64,000 bases of DNA from assembly GCA_003696625.1 (NCBI GenBank), contig RFGR01000132.1, positions 1,909 through 65,908 of the forward strand. The letters run 5' to 3'. The notes under the pieces are model-generated. The model had not been told where the DNA came from. It made no database searches and saw nothing but the letters and a program-made list of their open reading frames with translations. Shown piece after piece: positions 26,501 to 32,921 of the stretch. The position numbers and the translations under genes were made by a program. The first letter of the stretch is position 1; each line of letters starts with the position of its first letter. Source of the DNA: Planctomycetota bacterium. GTDB lineage: Bacteria; Planctomycetota; UBA1135.

Positions 26501-26820
26501 TTGGTCGACAGCTCGTAGCTGATCCCGTCGATGACCAGATCCGGCCGGATCAAGACGTCCTGCTCGACCAGGACGTCGTCGACGTCGACCACGTCGACCA
26601 GCCGGCCGTAGAGGACGCTCTGCAGGTAGAGCTGGCTGTTGGCGCCGAAGGTGGAGGCCGGCGGCTGATCGCGGTTGAAGCAGCCGGCGAGCAGGACCAG
26701 GCCGGCGACGGCCAGAGACCGGACGAAGCGAAGCGACGAAGGGGACTTCACGGGAGGATTCTTGCTGTGAGTCGACACGGCGGCTGGTCCGGGCGGTCTC
26801 CCGGGGCCGGATTCCCCCAT
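23593..26820 (-). CDS. giant lipoprotein A (1075 aa), tandem paralog of B, unassigned family
   Basis: ATG at 26820 (residue 40 of ORF 23593..26937) lies downstream of the sigma-54 promoter. N-terminus ...SLRFVRSLAVAGLVLLAGC-FNRD carries a lipobox. Motifs NAAIQLRFSDQLDPATV and IRATFSEPIDPRTV. C-terminal motifs LPLLARFRCYPRG, PAFRIYSEGGQDASGQWHQVIPD, YWTEVDFVLKVSRVYTHWF and YRFLQIRITFV. An alternative GTG start at 26751 is possible. Confidence 0.8.
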   Translation of the reverse strand: MGESGPGRPPGPAAVSTHSKNPPVKSPSSLRFVRSLAVAGLVLLAGCFNRDQPPASTFGANSQLYLQSVLYGRLVDVVDVDDVLVEQDVLIRPDLVIDGISYELSTNPLTQEETLKILQPRSAGGFTILLNAAKTGLEPLDRKGAFDPPPYTMVPRNAAIQLRFSDQLDPATVTPSSIQVFNGAGSNLEELTVRMVVKNDRRTRTGIVILDPTISARESATLGLPANPTGWPASLDGVNDNIKIRIPTEKDLLYGQPVVLTNLKGNRTIKNRFSDPIETSGGGFPVLVQVFRAGNDQDEFRGFLEDLIPPKLIGIQDVTVAEVAAPNGTSSPIRELTYSIDTAYCRDMTPKPGDVFDFSDALLLVTAVLSSGNPAAYVVRGRMLEPADPASGLPPGTGLSLAARLNTAYTIADANLQVCYLGITPDPVYTPGQPLALDPFNTQIRATFSEPIDPRTVTSMHSFVVTAFEMDDAFGAEAAYYRHPTLFPTESVADYIDRQRGYHLKVGPTGTLASSEFGGRVLFGPLEADIDSRSFALTPLTGMAEPNSDPFLQFAVALRGGPDGITDMAGNPVDLSGFVAGTPLPSVAVENQLTVVGGGGLTAANRTKAFSLRANGLDEDDDGQPEYTGQVGYQTGKLTGRAAEGFSRDADNTNQYVGAGISVNASTVPVWNPPYAPLSPAGAVVMTTIRPHDLGFGYRNLGEFNLDVAGMSWVPLGGVVFDDLYPRFSLALAHAKYMPDEQVINGVIIWPFSGLVTESFDANILGYPDFDEKIVFDSSYSISSLNLFTSDSGNTMLPLPDFQDTYTWRDTTIPPSYTGTAESPLSIGAATSTHPDAGLYGAGKAPSIALPLLARFRCYPRGERLGTNKFQTTALLTQNVQTSVPAFRIYSEGGQDASGQWHQVIPDNAAKGGTQPVGGYVVGTGQPTDPTDPLFYWTEVDFVLKVSRVYTHWFDMGGTLGPGQVVGVQLEPEIGNQPVGTSVQIEYRGAVQVDHPNNPTTDPSPLLSAATGFGFYGDYDNASGQVSTPGDWTSDFTDLEGHNYRFLQIRITFVNDVDRGNQAVLDGLGLAWRLG

Positions 26821-26857
26821 CCTAGGGAGTCCGGGTACGGGGATCAGGTCCCATTTC

Positions 26858-26872
26858 GCAACAACCGTGCCA
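26858..26872 (-). promoter_or_regulatory. sigma-54 (RpoN) -24/-12 promoter upstream of lipoprotein A
   Basis: The minus strand reads TGGCACG-GTTG-TTGC-G. This matches the consensus TGGCACG-N4-TTGCW at every specified base except the final W. The -12 GC lies about 38 nt upstream of the ATG at 26820, inside the 156-nt gap after pyrB-I. Confidence 0.65.
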
Positions 26873-26976
26873 GCACCGGGGGGACGGGAACCGAGCGGGA
26901 TTCCGGGCGGCAGCGCCCAGCCTGTTCGGATCCGCACATCAGGAGGCCGGGATGGGCCCGGCGGAGCGGACCGGAA

Positions 26977-28296
26977 TCAGCCTCCGCCCCAAACATATCC
27001 GTCCGCCAGGGCCTCGTCACGCGACCGGTAGGGTCGTAGATTCTCGGGCCGGATCTGGAGAACGGCGGGGGAATGGAGCGGATGGACCCGGCGCGAGGAC
27101 CGGCAGCCCACATATTCGACCGGAATCCGGGTGTCGCAGTAGGCGCAGAGGAAGACCCGATGGCGCCTTCCGGCCACCCGCCAGGGCGCGCGGATCCCCT
27201 CGGACCGGGTGATGCAGCCGGGATTCGGGCAGGGACCGAGGTCGGGCTCGGGGCTGCCGGCCGGCAGCGAGACGAGCGGCGGCAGCTGCCAGGAGTCCGG
27301 GCGCAGCAGGGCGAGGAAGAGCGCCGCCCGGACCACCGGCCCGTTTCGGGCCTGTTCGAAGTACCGGGCCCGGCGGTCCTCGTCCACGCTCTCCGGCAGT
27401 TCGCCGCGGCGGGGCAGAGGGTGGAGGAACAGGCAGTCCGCGAGCAGAGGATCCTCGAGCTGCCAGGGGCGCAAGCCCGGATAGACGCCGCGTTCCGCCA
27501 CCGCGCCTCGTTCTTCCTGGAGGCGGGTCAGATAGAGGGCGTCCAGGCGCTCGAGCCGCGGCGGGCCGTCCCCGAACAAGGTCCCCTGCCGGACGCCGCG
27601 GGGCTCGAGCAGGCGGGCCTCCTCGGAGCCGGTCCAGGACCGGAACATCGGGTGGGAAACCCGCACCGTGCGGTAGCCGGCCCGTTCGGCGACCCGGTCC
27701 TCGAAGCCCGCCTCCCAGTCCAGGCCCGGCGCCGGCAGCGCGACGACCCGGGCGCCGAGCAGGGTGAGCCCCCAGAGCAGAGACCGGGCGGTGCGGCCGA
27801 AGGCCAGGTCGCCGAGGATTCCGACCGTGCGGCCCTCGAAACCGCCCCAGGCCTGGTTCAGGGTGTAGAGGTCGACGAGGGTCTGGGTCGGGTGCCCGAG
27901 GCGTCCGTCTCCCGCGTTCACGACCGGAACCGCGGCGGCCTGGGCGGCGAGGCGCGAGGCCCCATCGCAGGGATGCCGCCAGACGATCAGGTCGGCGTAG
28001 CCGCCGATGATCCGAGCGCTGTCCCGCAAGGACTCGCCCTTGGCCCGACTGCTCGTCTTCGGGTCGGCGACGGTGATCACCCCCGCGCCGAGGCGATGGG
28101 CGGCGGCCTCGAAGGAGAGCCGGGTTCGGGTCGAGGGCTCCTCGAACACGGTGGCGACGATCCGACCGCGGAGGGAGTCGCGGAAGCCGTCGGGGTCGAC
28201 CTCGAGCCGACGCACCCGGTCGAGGAAGGCCTGAAGGAAGGCGGGATCGAAGGCTTCGGCCGAATGGAGGCCCTCCAGGACGGGGAGCAGCGGCAT
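26977..28296 (-). CDS. pyrB: aspartate carbamoyltransferase catalytic chain fused to a PyrI-type zinc domain
   Basis: ATG at 28296 (residue 133 of ORF 26977..28692); 439 aa. ATCase motifs: EPSTRTRLSFE, WRHP, LGHPTQTL and FLHPLPR. After about residue 330 comes GPCPNPGCITRSEG...RVFLCAYCDTRI, a C-x4-C ... C-x2-C spacing as in the PyrI zinc domain, followed by a tail of about 45 aa. Confidence 0.8.
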   Translation of the reverse strand: MPLLPVLEGLHSAEAFDPAFLQAFLDRVRRLEVDPDGFRDSLRGRIVATVFEEPSTRTRLSFEAAAHRLGAGVITVADPKTSSRAKGESLRDSARIIGGYADLIVWRHPCDGASRLAAQAAAVPVVNAGDGRLGHPTQTLVDLYTLNQAWGGFEGRTVGILGDLAFGRTARSLLWGLTLLGARVVALPAPGLDWEAGFEDRVAERAGYRTVRVSHPMFRSWTGSEEARLLEPRGVRQGTLFGDGPPRLERLDALYLTRLQEERGAVAERGVYPGLRPWQLEDPLLADCLFLHPLPRRGELPESVDEDRRARYFEQARNGPVVRAALFLALLRPDSWQLPPLVSLPAGSPEPDLGPCPNPGCITRSEGIRAPWRVAGRRHRVFLCAYCDTRIPVEYVGCRSSRRVHPLHSPAVLQIRPENLRPYRSRDEALADGYVWGGG

Positions 28297-28310
28297 CGCA
28301 GCCGGAGATT

Positions 28311-29363
28311 CTAGTCCCCCTCCCCCGCCCCACCGAGCAGTCGGCGCAGGCGGGCGCGCCGTTCGGGTCCGAACGGCAACCGGGCGCCCGGCGGCGGCGG
28401 CGGTCCGGCCGCGGCGGCCACGGCCGCGGCCAGCCGGGCGATCAGGCCGGAGCCGTCGCGGTGGATCGAACCGCTGATCCAGCCCGGCCGGGGCGGCGGC
28501 CGCCAGCCGGCCGCCAGGTCGGCACGATGGAGGAGAACCGGATCGGCGGCCGGCCGCGCCTCGAGGCGGGCGAGCAGATCGGCCGGCGGCGCCGCGGCGG
28601 CGTCCAGGACCCAGATCCGGAGCCAGGCCCGCTCGGCCCGGGCGCGCGCCATCGCCACCGCCTCGGCATCGACGCCGGCCGCCTCCGGCCACCAGCCGGC
28701 GGTGTCGACCAGCCGGACCTCGAAGGCGTCGGCACCGCTTCCGACCAGAACCCCGGCTTCGACCGCGTCCCGGGTCGTGCCGGGGTGGGGCGAGACCGTG
28801 ACCCGCTCCTCCTCCAGCCAGGCGTTGAAGAGGGTCGACTTGCCGGCGTTCGGCGGACCGACCAGGACCACCTCCGGCGGCTCCTCGAGCAGGCGGGCCC
28901 AGCCCTCCCCCGCCAGGAGGTCGGCGGCGCGCTCCCGGGCCTCGGCCGGCGGCAGCGCCGCCAGGTCCTCGATCATCCGATCGAGGACGCCGCCGCGGGC
29001 CGAAGCCAGGAGGCGGGCGGCCAGCGGCGAGCGCGCCGCCAGGAAGCGGGCCTCATCCGAATCCTCGGGGGCCGGCGCCTCGATCCAGCCCCGAGCCGCG
29101 AGCAGCGACCGGAGGGCGCGGGCGACCCCGGCGCCGCCGTGCAAATGGAGTTCGGCCCGGACCGGCGGCCCGAGGTCGCGCAACCAGAGCACGCCCTCGT
29201 CGAGCGGGCCGTCCCGGCCGCCCAGGACCAGCCGCACCGGCCGATCCGGAGGCGGCAGCGACCGGCCGGCCAGGTCGGCCAGATCCGCCGGATCCGCCTC
29301 GAGCCGCCAGATCGAGAGCGCCGAGGCACCCGGGGCGCTGAGACGACGGAAGCGGCCGTTCAC
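28311..29363 (-). CDS. MnmE/TrmE-like GTPase, short form lacking the C-terminal CxGK segment
   Basis: 350 aa. The GTG start overlaps the coaX TGA (GTGA). MnmE-like N-domain (AELHLHGGAGVARALRSLL). G-domain motifs [22 protein letters not shown] and LVDTAGW. G4 is degenerate (LLHRADL). No C-terminal helical part or CIGK motif. Confidence 0.6.
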   Translation of the reverse strand: MNGRFRRLSAPGASALSIWRLEADPADLADLAGRSLPPPDRPVRLVLGGRDGPLDEGVLWLRDLGPPVRAELHLHGGAGVARALRSLLAARGWIEAPAPEDSDEARFLAARSPLAARLLASARGGVLDRMIEDLAALPPAEARERAADLLAGEGWARLLEEPPEVVLVGPPNAGKSTLFNAWLEEERVTVSPHPGTTRDAVEAGVLVGSGADAFEVRLVDTAGWWPEAAGVDAEAVAMARARAERAWLRIWVLDAAAAPPADLLARLEARPAADPVLLHRADLAAGWRPPPRPGWISGSIHRDGSGLIARLAAAVAAAAGPPPPPGARLPFGPERRARLRRLLGGAGEGD

Positions 29364-30100
29364 GTCCCTTCGTCGGGATTCCAGGCGGCGAGGCCGGCCA
29401 GGACCAGGTCCTCGGCCGGAGTCCAGGTCGGACCGAGCAGCGGGGCCAGCCGGGCGGCGTCGCCGCCGGTCAGGAAGCCCGGCAGCTCCGCCTCACCAAG
29501 CCGGGCGGCCATCTCGGACCGCAGGCCCGAGAGCGCCGCGGCCAACGCCCGGCGGGTGCCGGCGGCGACCGCGGCGGCGCTGTCGGCCGGGATCCCCTCC
29601 GGCGGTTCGGCGGCTGGCGCCGGCAAATGAGGGCAGGCGGCGGCGAGGGCGCTCTCCTGGAGGCCGAGTCCGGGCCCGATCGCGCCGCCCCGGAAGACCC
29701 CCCGGCCGTCGACCACGTCCAGGGTCCAGGCGGTGCCGAGGTCGACGACGACCAGCGCCCGACGGCACCGCCGCCAGGCGGCCCAGGCGGCCAGGACCCG
29801 ATCGGCCCCGGTGCCGCGGCTCCGGACCGGCATCGGCCAGCCGTCCTCGCCGGCCAGCCGCAACGAGGCGGCTCCGGCCAGGGCCGGCCGAAGCCGTTCC
29901 CACGCGCGGGGCCGGACCACTGAGGCGCGCACCGCGCGGCCGGCGGCGCGCTCGGCCACTTCCCCCCGGAGCCGCGACCAGCCCGCCTCGTCGGCCTCCT
30001 CCGGAAGCGGCCGGGCCGCGATCGCCGCCGGACACCCGGCCGCCGCCTCGGCCAGCTTCAGGCGCCGATTGCCCAGGTCGAGGAGCAGGGGCGCGGCCAC
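29360..30100 (-). CDS. coaX: type III pantothenate kinase
   Basis: GTG at 30100 is in frame with ORF 29360..32878 and lies 11 nt after the upstream stop; 246 aa. Motifs: LLLDLGNRRLK, GTGADRVLAAWAA, VVVDLGTAWTLD and FLTGGDA. Confidence 0.8.
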   Translation of the reverse strand: MAAPLLLDLGNRRLKLAEAAAGCPAAIAARPLPEEADEAGWSRLRGEVAERAAGRAVRASVVRPRAWERLRPALAGAASLRLAGEDGWPMPVRSRGTGADRVLAAWAAWRRCRRALVVVDLGTAWTLDVVDGRGVFRGGAIGPGLGLQESALAAACPHLPAPAAEPPEGIPADSAAAVAAGTRRALAAALSGLRSEMAARLGEAELPGFLTGGDAARLAPLLGPTWTPAEDLVLAGLAAWNPDEGT

Positions 30101-30111
30101 CGGGACGGGGC

Positions 30112-31080
30112 TCAGCGGCCGGGAGGGATCCGGTAGGTGTAGGTCCGGACCGAGCCGAGCCGCTCGACCCGCACCGTCACCTCCTCCACCCCCTTCATCG
30201 CCTTCAGGCGCCGGAGCAGGGCCGCCCGGTCGCCGGCCGGGATGCCGTTCACGTCCAACACGACGTCGTTCTCGCGCAGGCCGAAGCGCCGGAACGGGGA
30301 ATCCTCCTTCAGCCGGGTGACCCGCTGACCGATCGGCTTGCCGTCGGCCCCGTACTTGGGCTTGGTCGAGACGCTGGCCAGGAGCTGGTCCTCCGACATC
30401 TGCTGCAGCTCGGCCAGGTCGTCGGTGCCGACCTCGTAGGTGTTCCCGCCGACTGCCGTGGTGCGAGCGGGGAACTGGCGCCGGACGACGGCGGTGTCGG
30501 CGTCGGCCCGGATCCGGTCCAGGTCGGCGGTGGCGACCTCCCGGCGGAGGAGGAAGTTGCCGTCCTCCTGGCCGACGATGCCGATCTCGACCTCGTCGTC
30601 GCGGATCGCGACCAGCTCGAGTTCCACGCCCTTCTTGGCCGGCAGTTCGAAGCGGTCCCCGACCGTGTAAAGGCCGCCCTGCACCGGGGCGGCCCCGGGC
30701 TGAGCCGGAGCCGGGCCGGGATCGGTCGGCGAGAGGTAGGCCATCGGCACCTGGCCGAGCGACAGGAAGACCAGCCGGAGGTCGCCGGGGCCGACCAGCG
30801 GCGGCGGCGGCGGCGGCGGTTCGTTGCCGGGACCGGTCTCGACCGGCAGGATGCCGGTGACGTTCAACGCCGCGAGCAGGCGATACTCCTCGAAGGGCTT
30901 CAGGTGGATCCGCTGGCCCTCGGCCGAGTCCACCGGGATGCTGGCCCGGAAGCCGGCCAGGTCGAAGCGCCCAAGCAGTTCGGCCCGGTGCTGGACGAAG
31001 TCGTAGAAGCGCCAGCCGAAGCCGCCGAGGGCAGCCAGCCCGACCAGGACGATCAGGGTGCGGAGGAGGCGGAAGCTCAC
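30112..31080 (-). CDS. membrane-anchored PDZ-domain protein (GspC/PilP-like?)
   Basis: 322 aa. N-terminal TM helix LLRTLIVLVGLAALGGFGW, a poly-Pro linker EPPPPPPPL, and a C-terminal PDZ-like segment GQRVTRLKEDSPFRRFGLRENDVVLDVNGIPAGDRAALLRRL...VTVRVERLG. Confidence 0.5.
   Translation of the reverse strand: MSFRLLRTLIVLVGLAALGGFGWRFYDFVQHRAELLGRFDLAGFRASIPVDSAEGQRIHLKPFEEYRLLAALNVTGILPVETGPGNEPPPPPPPLVGPGDLRLVFLSLGQVPMAYLSPTDPGPAPAQPGAAPVQGGLYTVGDRFELPAKKGVELELVAIRDDEVEIGIVGQEDGNFLLRREVATADLDRIRADADTAVVRRQFPARTTAVGGNTYEVGTDDLAELQQMSEDQLLASVSTKPKYGADGKPIGQRVTRLKEDSPFRRFGLRENDVVLDVNGIPAGDRAALLRRLKAMKGVEEVTVRVERLGSVRTYTYRIPPGR
30798..30819 (-). repeat. perfect trinucleotide repeat (CCG)7 encoding the Pro7 linker of the PDZ protein
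   Basis: The plus strand reads gcg x7 + g without interruption. It is in frame and encodes PPPPPPP. Confidence 0.9.
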
Positions 31081-31158
31081 GATGCGGCGAGGCGCGGGGC
31101 CGATGCAGCGCCGGCAGTTTCCCCGGCCGGCGCCCCGATGTCCAGTCCCGGCAGGGTT

Positions 31159-32172
<1,014 letters not shown>

Positions 32173-32271
32173 GCCGTCTCGGCTCGGGGCCGGCCGCAGC
32201 CGGGCCCACGGGAAAGGAAGACGCGGGAGACCGGCCGGCCCCCCGCGCGCCTCCGCCGTCCGGGCGGAGGA

Positions 32272-32517
32272 TCAGTCCTGCGGCAGGACCGCCACCCGCC
32301 GGCGGCTCTGGAACTGGACCACGCCGTCGGCCAGCGCGAACAGGGTGTAGTCCCGGCCGAGGCCGACGTTGCGGCCGGGGTGGAACTTCGTGCCGCACTG
32401 GCGGACGAGGATCTCGCCGGCGCGGACCCGTTGGCCGCCGTAGCGCTTGACGCCCCGGAACTGGGGGTTCGAATCGCGCCCGTTCTTCGACGAGCCGCCG
32501 CCCTTCTTGTGTGCCAT
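32272..32517 (-). CDS. rpmA: 50S ribosomal protein L27
   Basis: 81 aa starting [29 protein letters not shown]; downstream of rplU. Confidence 0.95.
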   Translation of the reverse strand: MAHKKGGGSSKNGRDSNPQFRGVKRYGGQRVRAGEILVRQCGTKFHPGRNVGLGRDYTLFALADGVVQFQSRRRVAVLPQD

Positions 32518-32532
32518 GACTGCCTCGGCGCC

Positions 32533-32850
32533 CTAGGCGCGGATCTCCTTGACGCGGATGCGGGTGTAGGTCTGGCGGTGCCCGCGCACGTCGCGGCTGC
32601 TCTTCCGCCGGCGGAAGTGGAGGACGCGGATCTTCCGGTCCTTCTCCTCGCCGAGGACCTCGGCGACCACGCTGGCGCCGTCCACGTCGGGACTGCCGAC
32701 CAGGACGGTGCCGTCCTCCTTCTTGAGAAGGCTGACCCGGTCGAAGACGTGCTCCGAACCGGCGGCGGCGCCGGGGAGCCGATCCACCCACAACTCCTGT
32801 CCGGGGCTGAGGGTGAGGCATCGGGAACGGTCGCGAACGATGGCGTACAC
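32533..32850 (-). CDS. rplU: 50S ribosomal protein L21
   Basis: GTG at 32850 gives 105 aa starting (M)YAIVRDRSRCLTLSPGQELWVDRL...VLHFRRRKSSRDVRGHRQTYTRIRVKEI. The rest of ORF 32533..34587 overlaps rng in another frame. Confidence 0.9.
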   Translation of the reverse strand: MYAIVRDRSRCLTLSPGQELWVDRLPGAAAGSEHVFDRVSLLKKEDGTVLVGSPDVDGASVVAEVLGEEKDRKIRVLHFRRRKSSRDVRGHRQTYTRIRVKEIRA

Positions 32851-32921
32851 GGGACTTCTCCGCGCAAACGGGCCGCACACTATAGCCGGCCGGCGCGGGA
32901 CCGTAAACCCCTCCTCCGGGC

